Positions 51,299 through 63,083 of a stretch of 64,000 nucleotides of DNA are shown piece by piece. Where the stretch lies: the NCBI GenBank assembly GCA_010093705.1, contig MU006089.1, positions 3,374,061 through 3,438,060 of the forward strand, given 5' to 3'. This DNA comes from Patellaria atrata CBS 101060 (taxonomy: Eukaryota). Within the stretch, counting starts at the first letter, position 1; every line of letters starts with the position of its first letter. Under the pieces are notes generated by a model. It saw only the letters and a list, made by a program, of their open reading frames with translations. It did no database searches and was not told the origin of the DNA. A program made the translations under genes and the position numbers.

Positions 51299-53395
51299 TC
51301 ACCAATCATCCCCCGCACACGCACTCGGCCTAAACTTAAAACAATTATTCAACACGTCCGCCTCGACGTCCAAACCCTGCAACTCCGCATTCCAAATCGC
51401 AACCGCCAACGGGGAATCCAGCTTGTCGCTCCAGCTCTCCCTGCCCTGGACTCTCAAAAAGATCCCCCGTCTTAGATAATCCTTCTGGTCTTTATCGCTG
51501 AGGCCGGGGAGGCGGTTCGTGAAGTCGGGGTGTTCGCCAAAGGCCAGGACCTTGAGCGAATCCGGGGGCGTGGCGGGAGTTCCGACATCGGGGGATGAGG
51601 GAGGAGGAGGAGGCGCAAAAGCGACAGCCTGGGCGTCTTTGAAAAGGCGGAAGAACTTCGTGGCTTGTGTCCTGCAGAGGGCGCGGTAAGTCTTATCTCT
51701 CATATCTAGACAAGAGCAGCCGCAGCCGATCTGGGGCCAGTTGAGGACGTTGAGGGTCTGCAGCGCGGGCAGCTTAGCGAGGGGTTGGAGGATCTTGGAG
51801 GCGAAGCTTTCTCTGTCTTTCTGGAACTTGCAGTCTAAGCTCGCGGGCCAGTCTTCGATGGAGAGGGCGAGCTGTTTGAGCTTTGGCATCACGTGACAGA
51901 GCGTGGAGAGCTGGTCGGGCGCGGTGTAGGATACGAACTGGCCCTCGGGGTCGCGGGGGGATTTGCGGACGCATAGGTAGAGTTTTTCGAGCGTGGAGCC
52001 GTGGCGAAGGAGCTTTTCGAGGGTCGGGAGTGTGCCTTCGTTTTGGAGGTAGAGGTGTAGGTTCGTGAGGCCTTTGTTGTGACCGAGGAAACGGTCGACG
52101 GCGCCGGTGATGAAGCGTTCGTCGCTTTCTTCTGTATGCGTGAGGATGAGCTCTTTGAGGTGCATGGCCATGCCGTCTTTTGGGTACATCATCGAGTCGA
52201 GGAAGAGGTCGGGGCGCCAGCAGTTGCGGATGCGTAGTTTCTTGAGTAGGTCGAAGGACATGACGTTTGCGTATGTGGTTTTGCATTGCGTTAGGTCGAC
52301 CATTTCCAATGTCAGATTCGTTAGTCTTAGGGGCTTGACGTCAGGGAGAAGGAAGTTGCTGAATAACGCGTTGAAAAGCGGATCGTTCGTCTCTCCTTCG
52401 TCATTCGTGGTTGTCAATCGTTCTTCATCGTCTAGACTCGCTGCGGAGATCTTGATCTTCTTGGGTGGTCGGCAGCTATCCAGCATCATTTTCGCGGCTT
52501 CAACGCAAGTTAGGCAATTAGGTTCAAAGTGCAGCGAATCAGCTTTTTCTACGGATTTAAGTAGACTCTGGTCCTTCTTGAACACATCGGCGAAACATGG
52601 ACCTTCCTTGTGGTTTACGGAATGGAGTTCGACATGCCGCAAGTTCTTCTGCCGTTTTAGCAGCAAAACCGCGAGATCTACTGTGAATGCATGTGTTGAG
52701 TCCCAGCTATGATTCAATTAGTTCAATATCTCTAGCAAGCCAGAAAGTTATCTGACCACGTACCTAAAGCTATGAAGTTTGTCTTTCGGTAAACTATTGA
52801 TGACATAGCGGGCGGCAGAGTAACCGGATGCTGGAGAATGAGGGCAACTGGATTTACTCTTTTCACACCAATCTATAAGTTGGCATGATTGGATATGATC
52901 TATGCCTGGATTCTCTCTAGAGAGCATTGAAGCGACTTTATTGATTGCTTTTTCCTTGGTGACGGCTAACCAGATATCACGGTATAACGGTTTGACCGCA
53001 GCTTGTTGCATTGTTTTGCTGGTCAAACAGACATTTAACAAGTCCTTTGGCCGTAACTACTAAGCATGTCAATATACTGTAACTGATGATTGCAACTATG
53101 ATAATGATATGTTGGGTCCGTGCACCGGTGGAAGAGCCGGATATACCTTAGAAGAGCAATAGAATGGAATTGGGTTTTTTATATGATCAGGATGTATGAG
53201 AGTGATATGAGATGGAGAACTAACATATTCGCAAATCTCAAGTCTAAGCTCGGGTGATATTCCCATCATCGTCGGTTCTGCATGGGGTCGATGTGGTAGT
53301 TCTGCCTTCAAAGGCTGAACCTTTATCATTGAGTCTTCTTTAGTGGTTGTGACGGAAGGGAAGAGAACTGTCTCATCGACGGTCATTGTAGCCAT
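51299..53395 (-). CDS. F-box protein with LRR/RNI-like C-terminal region
   Basis: F-box-like ISPELRLEICEY|LRPKDLLNVCLTSKTMQQAAVKPLYRDI, followed by LxxLxL repeats (LRHVEL, LTNLTL, LKKLRI, LKELIL, LEKLYL, LKQLAL, LQTLNV). Two introns. Confidence 0.75.
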
Positions 53396-54444
53396 TTTGT
53401 TTGAATTTGCTCTTAAGCGTAGGCGAAGATGTAGGAACGATATCCAGCGGACAAAGAGCTTTAAGAATGTCCTGAGTAAGGCCAAAGCTGCAATTTGTGG
53501 TTTGACGCTTTGAGGGAACTATTGGGAGCTATGGGAGCCAAGCAAGGCTGCTATAAGATATTGAAGGTTAACGATATAGCTTCAAGTTCAAGCTTAAAAG
53601 CAGTGACTCAGATAACGATGCTGAAAGATAAAGAGGAATAGAGTCACGAGAGCATAAAACGTGTGACAGAACAACGAAGAAAGAAAAAAAAACTGAGTTT
53701 AAGAGGTTGAGCAGGCAAGACGTTAGAATTAGGCTGCACCGATCCTCTTTTCACCGCCCACAAGGGGATGCCGCTTCTCAAGCCTTTCGAGATGCAGAGA
53801 TCCACCACTAAAGTCTCACCAGTCTACGTTACGGGGGCGACAAGAGATAAGAAGAGTAAAGCGGCCAGGCTTCGGACATGTCAACCGTTCGTTGGTCAGC
53901 ATGCATGTAGAGCAACGAGGCTCAACGAAAGGTGAGGCTGAAGAGGCACAGGATGCTAGAGATTATAGAGGGTGGGGGCTGCTTTTGAATAGCAAGAAAT
54001 CCATCATCTTTTTACCTAAAGCATAAGAGCTCAAGGGTTGAACTACAGCAGTTAGTGCCATAATTGCCATTATTGGAGACTGAGGGAAGTGTCTTGCGTA
54101 AAAGGTCGTATCCAATGCCGGTGTTACCTTCAATTGTCATGACCAACTCTGATATTGTGTATTGTATGTTGTGAAATGTGGGGAAACGGTACATCGCGGG
54201 AGCCTGCCGGTGGCACACACGAGCTGAAAATCCCAGTTGTGCTGTCTTGATTGGACTGAGACCCGCACAGTTAGATTCCGATACTATGTTTATAGACAGT
54301 GTTTTGTTGGAGCCTTGCTGATAATGATTATCAACTTCAGGTCAAACATTTAGCTACCTTCCTTGTCTCATGGCCATAATATATACAAAAGTACTTCGCA
54401 GCACCAGCAGTCTAAATCGGGATATCTTATGACCATATCCCAAA

Positions 54445-56559
54445 TCATATCTCCATTTCTTTACGAACTGTTCTTCTCTGAGACGGGAGACCTTTCTTCC
54501 TCCTCTCGATGCCATAATTCTCAACAAGCGCCCAAAAATGTTCTGCTCTACCCGCTCCCTGGCCCATTACACCATGTTTGGCTAGTCCCTCTTCCAGTTC
54601 AACGTCTGAGACAAGCTCTTGAAGCCTCTCCCATTGTTCATTGTATGCTAGAGTTTTGGCAACTTCTGTCAGGGCCACCCAACCTGGGGTCTTCCCGTCA
54701 CGGGCCATTATCCGCAATAGATTCAGCGCAGAACCAGCACGGTCGGCTTTGGCATAGCCTTCGACCATACGATCATAGAAGATGAGATCAACTGCAGCAT
54801 TAGAAGTCTGGATGCCGTTCCATAATGCGTCAACAGCGTTCACGTCCGGGGGCTCTTGGCTAAAGTAATACGCAATAAGACTTGTATAGATGTGCGCCGA
54901 AGGGTGGATGCCCTTACACTCCATATGCTTAAGAATGCCTTGGGCGGCCTCCAGGTTGTTATGATGTTTGAGGAGTCCATCGATCATAGTTGCAAAGGAA
55001 TGTACATTTGGTTGTAGACCATGACGATCCATATCACTCAATATAGCGGTTATAGCAGAGTCTTGTTCTTCGGTCGAAAGGGAGACGCCTCCTCTTCGTC
55101 GAAATACTGCGTCTAAAACCAAAGTGAAAGTGATCACGTCCGGTTTCACATTTTCTGCTTCCATTGTGCGCAAGTATTCTATGGCAATATGTGTTTGATT
55201 GCGTCTTATAGCTGACTTTATAAGTATGTTATAGGTAATAACGTCGAATAGAATCCCGTAGGTTTTTGCCCATTGGAAAACTTCAGTAAATCTATTGAGC
55301 TTCCCTTTTCTCGCTAATACAGTAATAACCGCATTTAAGGTCCCCGTAGTCGGTTTAGGAAATCCAGGGACACTTTCCTCAGATTTGAAGTCGATGGAAG
55401 CTATTTGGTCTTTCCCGCTGCCCTTAGCTTTTGACAACAATGCGGTAGCCCATGCGGTCGTCATATCGTTAAGACACTGTAACCCTTCATTAATTCTGTC
55501 ACTGTTTAATAAGCCTTGGATACGGATTGTCCACGCTACATCGTCAGGTTGGATATTAACCGCTAACATAGCAGCCCATACCTTTTCCAGGAGGACCGGA
55601 TTGTGTGTTTTCGTACATCCTTTCATCAATGATGTCCAAGTAATCAAGGTAGGCAGTATACCATTGAGCTTCATAAACTGAAGAACAGAGAAGGCGTCTT
55701 CCAAACGTTTCATACTGGACAGTGTATATATGAGTAAATTGTATAGATCTATGGGTATTGATACATTTCCAGAGGAAGCGTAGAGTGCCTGAGCCTGTTG
55801 CCAAGCCCGGTCAATTAAACGTATATCTTGTTGTTCTAAGGCTCTACCTAGCTGTTTCTCAATTGACTCGGGATTCGTAACTCGTTGCTGAGGGGACCTG
55901 AACGGAGTCTTCTGAGGCAGGCGGTGAATCCGTATACTTCGATTCCCCGACTGAGGGTTCTGGTTACTCCTATCTTGCACTATAGAATTGCTATGATGGG
56001 AAGGATTGTTGTTCTTAGATGTTTGACGCATTGGCAACTGGTCGTCGAGCGAGATAACAGTATTCGTAACCTGTGCGTCGTCTATAATTATCGACTTGTA
56101 GGTACTGGTAGTCCTCTTTGCACCCTCATAGCTGGCCTTCTTAGCTCTAATTTCGACACTTGTCTGTATGTCTTCCATCTGAGGTGATGTAGCCGGCTGA
56201 AACTTGTGATCTCCTTCGGCTATATTGGGAGCATGAGAGGTTCTTTGATGCCTCGAGTATCGTCCTGCTGTTGGCTTCCCCGCAGAGAGATGTGCGAAAA
56301 GTGCTTCCAGATCGTAGGGTTGCTTCCGTTCTGTTGCTCCATCACCTTCTGCAGATCCCCGTAAGGGTATTCCGCTTTTATTTCGGTGGCCATCATCCCG
56401 GGAAGTAGATTGGTTGGAATCTTCGATCGCAGCGTCGCGAGGTTGTGAACTTGCTAGGGAGATGAATGTTGCACGTTGAAGCCATTGGGAACTGTATCGA
56501 GCTCTGGTCAAGCCGAAAAGACGAGAACGACAATTGATGCAAACATACGGCGCCCCCAT
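54445..56559 (-). CDS. Pentatricopeptide repeat (PPR) protein, probably mitochondrial
   Basis: Tandem ~35-aa PPR motifs (LYNLLIY.., TWTSLMKG.., PDDVAWT.., FDVITYNILI.., PDVITFTLVL.., PNVHSFATMID..). Basic presequence-like start MGAPYVCINCRSRL. Confidence 0.88.
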   Translation of the reverse strand: MGAPYVCINCRSRLFGLTRARYSSQWLQRATFISLASSQPRDAAIEDSNQSTSRDDGHRNKSGIPLRGSAEGDGATERKQPYDLEALFAHLSAGKPTAGRYSRHQRTSHAPNIAEGDHKFQPATSPQMEDIQTSVEIRAKKASYEGAKRTTSTYKSIIIDDAQVTNTVISLDDQLPMRQTSKNNNPSHHSNSIVQDRSNQNPQSGNRSIRIHRLPQKTPFRSPQQRVTNPESIEKQLGRALEQQDIRLIDRAWQQAQALYASSGNVSIPIDLYNLLIYTLSSMKRLEDAFSVLQFMKLNGILPTLITWTSLMKGCTKTHNPVLLEKVWAAMLAVNIQPDDVAWTIRIQGLLNSDRINEGLQCLNDMTTAWATALLSKAKGSGKDQIASIDFKSEESVPGFPKPTTGTLNAVITVLARKGKLNRFTEVFQWAKTYGILFDVITYNILIKSAIRRNQTHIAIEYLRTMEAENVKPDVITFTLVLDAVFRRRGGVSLSTEEQDSAITAILSDMDRHGLQPNVHSFATMIDGLLKHHNNLEAAQGILKHMECKGIHPSAHIYTSLIAYYFSQEPPDVNAVDALWNGIQTSNAAVDLIFYDRMVEGYAKADRAGSALNLLRIMARDGKTPGWVALTEVAKTLAYNEQWERLQELVSDVELEEGLAKHGVMGQGAGRAEHFWALVENYGIERRKKGLPSQRRTVRKEMEI

Positions 56560-57441
56560 GGTATTGCTGCGAGCAGCAAGCTTCCAAGTATAATGTTCGG
56601 GTCTGAATTGATGAGAGAAGAGCTGACAGGAGACATGGTTGTACGGGAGACTATTAAGACCATATGTGAGACATTTATCACTCGGCGGTCGGGATATTTT
56701 CTTTCCTACTCCTGAATTACGCACGAAATAGTTTTGAGGTCATTAGGGGCAGTGAATATTCTACAATTGGACATCCATGCGATGACAATTGACCTGAACC
56801 TTGTGGAATTGATATCATGTCCCATTGTAAATGGCAAGGTATCGGAATGACCATAGATGGACTCCTATTCCCGAAAAAGATTTCTAAAGATACCTTATAA
56901 ACAACGTGTAGAGCGGTATGCACGGGTTTACGATATAAGCAGGCGACTGCGGTCTGATCCTGGTGAACGACATTGAGGCCTGACCAATGTCGACACCAAA
57001 TCCATTCCGAAGGCCCTCAATTATTATTGTATTATACTGTGCGGTAGGATTTGCGTCGTCATTCCTTTTCAACTCCCTTCCCCGAATACATCGACCGGAT
57101 TCCTCTGATGCCGTAAGTCCGCCTTCCCTTTCTAGCTTCTCGTCTCGGAAGAACCTTCAAACACCTCACACAACCCATATCATGTGTGACTACTTCGTTC
57201 AACCCTTTACTAGCTATAGTCCTGGCCAGAAGCACAAGTGGCCTACCTGAGCACAAGACCTTATAGCGGAGTGACCCATTTCCTTAGACGTCGTTATTTG
57301 TCATTCACATCAGATTCTACTGATTTCACTACGGATTCCTCGGATCAAAGAACGTGGCTTGAGGTCTCTTTAGAGATTTGCATTTATCTTACTAAAGTGC
57401 AATTTTCTCGTACAGCTTTCGTACTGCGGAGAAGGGACGAT

Positions 57442-60252
57442 ATGAGTGAGCTGCCACCTCGGAATCTCTCCCACGAGGGGTCTAGCGATGCCTCTAATAT
57501 TGATATTCCAGCCTTGTCTCCGCTTGATACAGCTGTAAGCTCATACGTGGAATCATCGTCCACAGAAGAAGAGTTGGTAAATAATGAAGGTGAAGAGGTT
57601 GAGTCAGTCATTGGAGTTAGTATCAGTCGAGCGCAGACAAGATTGACGTCGACTAGAACGCCAGCTGCTGAAAAGGCAGCAGCAATTGAAGAGCTAGGAA
57701 GTGAGGGATTATTTCCGCCATTCTTGGATGGGATTGGGCAAGGTGACACGAGTTCTCTCGTTCATGAAGGTCTACCTGTAGGACAAAGCACTACAGAGCC
57801 ATTCCCGCAAAGCACCTTCGATGGCTCTAGGCCTGAACTGCCCCCGAATAATGGATCGTTTGCTACTGAATCTACTCCGAGACTACCTTCTCCTTGGAAA
57901 GCAGGCCCTAAATGGGACTGGACAAAAGCACAGAGGTTTGACGAAACCCGGGCCGCTCTCCGAGAGAGTTTTAACGCTCATAGAAGAAGAGCTTCTTCGG
58001 GCGGTTCAGCAACAGAGGGCTTGAGAAAAATGCTTCAGTTTAACATTCCGTCATTAACCAAAGGCTCACAATTACTTAGTTTATCCTCACCGAGCGGAAC
58101 GTCATCACCGCGGTCTGACTTACCTGCTTCACAATCTTCTGGACCAAGCTTTCCTAGAATTAAAGCATCTACTCTACCTATCCGTCGAAGTCTTCCAGTT
58201 GGAATTGATGGATCAGCGCATAAATACTCAACAGTGCTTGATACGCCGAAGGGGTTGCAGTCGAATACCGAGAAAGAGCAACAAACAGTCAGAAGTGATC
58301 CAATAACTCAATCCCTTATGTCATCCAAGCCCTTAGAATCTTCAATAAGTTCTACACCTCGACGATCGCACTCGACTCTACGTCGCTCCATATCTGATGA
58401 CTCACTTTTACTGCGGCGGGATTTATCTAGAGCATCATCTTTGGGCGATGATACTAGATTCGAGCATGTAACAGAACAAGTTAATAGTCGTCTTAAAGCT
58501 ATAAAGGATAGCTGGCAAGATGCGAACTTTAAACTTCCTTCGTTACCTACAATTCCAACCCTCAATTTCAGTTCTTCCAAGCCTGAACCACACCACGCAA
58601 GGTATAGTGCCATACTCCCTAAGGCCAGCTCTAGTAGTGGCCATGTATATCGTCCGAATAGATCTACTTCTTCTGCACTTCATATCAACTCGAGTGGAAA
58701 ATCACCACTCCGTAAAGAGTTCTCCATGTCACAGAACGGATTGACAGCCAGTACCATTCCATCCCACCCCTTCTTCAATCATGCACTTGAGCAATTAGAA
58801 GGGGACGTTGTAATTCTAGGAGGTTATAGGGGCTCAATACTCCGATCCGCTGAGCCACCACATCGCCAGCTCTGGGTGCCGATAAAAGTCGGCCTGAATT
58901 TGCGGAAAGTGGACCTCGAGGTTGGTCTAAACCCTGAGGACGAGGAGACTATGGAAGAACAGATTATCCCTGGCGGAATGCTTAAAAATATCGGCCCTGT
59001 TGATATAGCTCGAAGGTTGTTCAAGCGTTTACGAGCTTCCGAAAATGCTAAAAACGGTAAACTTCGCGTACACGAATACGGTTACGATTGGCGCTTGAGT
59101 CCGCATCTCCTCAGTCGAAGATTTATATCATACTTGGAGAAATTACCAAACAATACTGCTGGAACTTCACCGAAACAGAAGGGAGTCATTGTTATTGCGC
59201 ACAGTCTGGGTGGGCTCATTACCAGGCACGCGGTCAATCAACGCCCGGACCTGTTTGCCGGGGTCATATATGCAGGTGTACCGAACACTTGCGTCAACAT
59301 CCTGGGTCCCCTGAGAAACGGTGATGATGTTCTTCTCAGTTCTCGAGTCTTAACAGCACAGGTCAATTTCACAATCCGCACAAGTTTTGCCCTCCTACCT
59401 CTGGATGGTAAATGCTTCATCGACAAGAACACCCGAGAAGAATACCCAGTAGACTTCTTTGATCCCCAGACCTGGGTAGAGTACCGTCTCTCTCCATGCC
59501 TCGGTCCACCTCTCCCTTCCCTTTCGGCTCCCAACAGTACCAGCATCGGTACAATTATCAACTCCATGGCAAGCGTACTCCCCAACATCCCCGGTCTCAC
59601 TCGAAAAGGCTCCATACCACGAACCGCAAACCCAACGGCTAAGGGAATTGCAGAGGGGGCGACAAGAAAAGAAGCCTCTTCTATCGCTACTTCTAACGCC
59701 GCAACCAAGGCCTCAGGTGGTGCCCCAACATCAGCCGGCATGGCACCTCAAATGGGCGGGTCGTCTAATCACAATCCGGTCGAGCAAGGCCAAAGTACGA
59801 ACACCTCCATCTCCACCACGGTGACCATTCCACGGGACGCCGCACTCGCCTACCTCACCCGCACACTAGCCGAAATCAAGCGGTTTAAAGAAGAACTAGC
59901 TTTCCTCCCACATCTCGCAGAACAAAACCTATATCCCCCCATCGCAGTCATATATGGCAAGAGCGTGCCAACAGTCTATGGAGCAAAGGTAGATGGGCGC
60001 GAGGGAATCAAACGCGCGGATGCGTATGATGAACTTGCATTTGCGAGTGGGGACGGTGTCGTGCTGGCACGGGCAGCAATGGTGCCGGAGGGGTATCCAG
60101 TTGTGAGGGGCGGTGTGGTAAGTAGTGATCGTGGGCATGTGACATTGTTGGGGGATTTAGAGGCTGTTGGACGGTGTTTGGGTGTTGTAGTTGGGGTGAG
60201 GAAAGGAGGTATTGGTTTGGGACGAAAGGAGAATGGGGTTGCTGAATTGTAA
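57442..60252 (+). CDS. LCAT/alpha-beta hydrolase family protein with long disordered N-terminus
   Basis: GDVVILGGYRGSILR, YGYDWRLS, nucleophile motif IAHSLGG, SGDGVV and GHVTLLGD. Confidence 0.85.
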   Translation: MSELPPRNLSHEGSSDASNIDIPALSPLDTAVSSYVESSSTEEELVNNEGEEVESVIGVSISRAQTRLTSTRTPAAEKAAAIEELGSEGLFPPFLDGIGQGDTSSLVHEGLPVGQSTTEPFPQSTFDGSRPELPPNNGSFATESTPRLPSPWKAGPKWDWTKAQRFDETRAALRESFNAHRRRASSGGSATEGLRKMLQFNIPSLTKGSQLLSLSSPSGTSSPRSDLPASQSSGPSFPRIKASTLPIRRSLPVGIDGSAHKYSTVLDTPKGLQSNTEKEQQTVRSDPITQSLMSSKPLESSISSTPRRSHSTLRRSISDDSLLLRRDLSRASSLGDDTRFEHVTEQVNSRLKAIKDSWQDANFKLPSLPTIPTLNFSSSKPEPHHARYSAILPKASSSSGHVYRPNRSTSSALHINSSGKSPLRKEFSMSQNGLTASTIPSHPFFNHALEQLEGDVVILGGYRGSILRSAEPPHRQLWVPIKVGLNLRKVDLEVGLNPEDEETMEEQIIPGGMLKNIGPVDIARRLFKRLRASENAKNGKLRVHEYGYDWRLSPHLLSRRFISYLEKLPNNTAGTSPKQKGVIVIAHSLGGLITRHAVNQRPDLFAGVIYAGVPNTCVNILGPLRNGDDVLLSSRVLTAQVNFTIRTSFALLPLDGKCFIDKNTREEYPVDFFDPQTWVEYRLSPCLGPPLPSLSAPNSTSIGTIINSMASVLPNIPGLTRKGSIPRTANPTAKGIAEGATRKEASSIATSNAATKASGGAPTSAGMAPQMGGSSNHNPVEQGQSTNTSISTTVTIPRDAALAYLTRTLAEIKRFKEELAFLPHLAEQNLYPPIAVIYGKSVPTVYGAKVDGREGIKRADAYDELAFASGDGVVLARAAMVPEGYPVVRGGVVSSDRGHVTLLGDLEAVGRCLGVVVGVRKGGIGLGRKENGVAEL

Positions 60253-60502
60253 GCATTGTTGTCACCCGAAGCGTGAATTGAAATATCTTGAACATCATCC
60301 CATAGAGCAATACAAGTCTATACACTCATTTCACGCCGTCAAAGGCAAGACTTTCATCAACAAGGAGCAGGGAGGTTTGACTGGCATCATGATATTGTGA
60401 CCTATGCAGTGACAGAGTAGACGGAGTGCCACCAATATAGCGGTTTTACTCCCAAATAGAACCCGTTGACCCACGCAAAATCTTTTACCCCCAACTCGTA
60501 AT

Positions 60503-61245
60503 TTATGAAGAAGTAATCGCACGGCGGACACGGGCACCACGTTGCCTGGAATTCAATCTTCCTTCACGGCTGACAACCTCGGGGGATTTCTGGACGGTCT
60601 CGCCCTCCTCTGACAAGATAACCTCGATGTGTCTAGAATCATTCCATCAGTAAAACCTCAGGGGAATGTCCTGAATTAACGATAAACGTACGAAGGATTG
60701 CTCATATAAGGGTTGATTCTACCGTGAGCACGATATGTACGTCTCCTCTGCTTAGGGGCCTGGTTGACCTGGATGTGCTTGACGATCAAATTGTTAAGAT
60801 CAAGGCCTTTGGTATCGGCATTGGCACCAGCGTTCTTGAGCAGTCCGAGCAGGTATTCAGCCGACTTTACGGGCCAGCGAGCCTTGGAGACGCCGAATTG
60901 TTTGCCTATTGATTATCAACAACCACTCTTTTGTCCTCTTGCCCATGGGATCCTCCTCACCTTGTGCAGTACGTCCAGTGCTTCCGGCATATCGTCTCAT
61001 GGGAACGGCCTCCTTGTGTGAAATGACATTCTCAAGGTACGCAAGAGCGCGGTTGAGTTTCCAGCCGTTGATCGCCTGGGCGGTTTCTCTAGTATTCTTG
61101 AAGCTCACGCGAAGATAGGAGCCGCGAGCGCGGGCGGACTTTTCGTTCTTAAGATGGGTTGCTGCGTATCGGACCTGCAATGCATTCGTTCAGCCTTCAG
61201 AGATCCTATATATAGTTGATAGTAGACTTGGCCTATACTCACCAT
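60503..61245 (-). CDS. RPL17: 60S ribosomal protein L17 (uL22)
   Basis: ATG|intron|[74 protein letters not shown]. Three introns. Confidence 0.97.
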
Positions 61246-61601
61246 CTTGACGGCTGTTGTGCGATGAGTCCGGTATTGTGGTCAATAGTCGTCGTCGTGC
61301 GTCGATGTGCGAAACTTGGGTTGTGGGAGCGCTAAGCGAGAGTTGAGGCTCCGGCCAAATTTCTGAGCACGGACCAACCGAGTAGCTTATAGCGAAAAAA
61401 AAGCTATCGATCATAAACCGTTACTGTATGACTTCCTCAATCAAACCACGTTCTGGGATACAGTTCGTATCACGACTAAATTTACTCTGGGTACATTAGC
61501 GACAGCTATATTTACGATTTGAGCGCCAACGGAACTCCCGACGGCGACATCGACACTGCACATCCCCGTCCTGCCCTTTCCTGTACCAAGCAGATACTGA
61601 A

Positions 61602-62784
61602 ATGGCATTCACGCCCAGAGGTGGTCGAGGTGGTGACCGTGGAGGACGTGGAGGAGGGCGTGGCGGTTTCTCCCGTGGAGGAGGAGCTCCTCGCGGTAGA
61701 GGTAAGTTATCCCATAACACCTACTCTTTTCAAGAAAGAGCCTGGATCTTTCCCAATGCTACTTTCGAGAGGAGACTATTTGATTCTCCCATTCCTCCTA
61801 CAGAAATACTGAGACTAATGGATTCAGGTGGATTTGGCGGAGACCGTGGCGGCCGAGGAGGAGCAAGAGGCGGTAGAGGTGCTCCACGAGGAGGGGCTAG
61901 AGGTGGTCGCGGCGGTGCCAGAGGGGGGGCTAAAGGAGGAGCTAAAGTGATCATCGAACCTCATCGTTATCCAGGAGTGTTCATTGCAAGGGGGAAGGAG
62001 GATATGTTGGTCACACGAAGTGAGTACCACTCGTTGGGAAGTCATGTTCGGGATTAGAAACTAATTTCTCCAGATCTCACACCTGGAGAATCCGTATACG
62101 GTGAAAAGCGCATCAGTGTCCAGACTACAATTCCAGATTCCGTCAATGGAGAGGTTGCTCCCGCTACCTCAGTCGAATACAGAGTCTGGAATCCGTTCCG
62201 CAGCAAGCTTGCGGCTGGTATTCTTGGAGGTTTGGAGGATATCTATATGAAGCCTGGTAGCAAAGTTCTATATCTCGGTGCTGCTTCTGGCACCTCTGTT
62301 TCGCACGTTGCGGACATTGTGGGCCCCACCGGAACGGTCTTCGCCGTAGAATTCAGTCACCGATCAGGACGAGACTTGGTCAACATGGCTACACACCGTA
62401 CTAACGTCATCCCAATTGTTGAGGATGCCCGTCATCCGATGAAGTACAGAATGCTTGTCTCCATGGTTGACTGTATCTTCGCAGACGTTGCTCAACCGGA
62501 TCAAGCCCGTATCGTTGGATTGAATGCGCACCTGTTTCTCAAAGTTGGAGGAGGTGTTTTGGTTTCTATCAAGGCTAACTGCATTGATTCCACAGCAGAA
62601 CCGGCAACGGTCTTCGCGAGAGAAGTTGAAAAGCTCCGAGAAGAGAGAATCAAGCCCAAGGTACAGTTGACACTAGGTAAGAACGATAATCGATGCTTTT
62701 AGGTCCATAACTAACCACAAATCTACAGAACCATTCGAAAGAGATCACGCCATGGTTGCGGGCATCTATCAACGCCATGCTTAG
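61602..62784 (+). CDS. NOP1: Fibrillarin, box C/D snoRNP rRNA 2'-O-methyltransferase
   Basis: RGG/GAR N-terminus, [48 protein letters not shown] and [10 protein letters not shown]. Introns 61702-61827, ~62020-62073 and ~62677-62729. Confidence 0.97.
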
Positions 62785-63083
62785 GGAGTGATGCTTCTCC
62801 TAGATCGGTTTCCTTATATTCTCGTCAGCGTCGTGCTTATTATTGTACGGATCTGCTCGAAAATTCGAACTTCCTGTATTTGCTCATATGGGTATGGCGT
62901 CAGGAGGTAGTTAGATATCAAATGCATGCAACATGTTCTCATATTGAATTGCTAATTCCAGTTTACACAAACTACCAACCCAATTACATTTCGGTCAAAT
63001 TACTAATAATCCAACTAGTCACCCAAGGAATTCCCTCTATGTTCTATGAAGCCGACGAGCAAGTGGATTTGCTGCATACCTCT

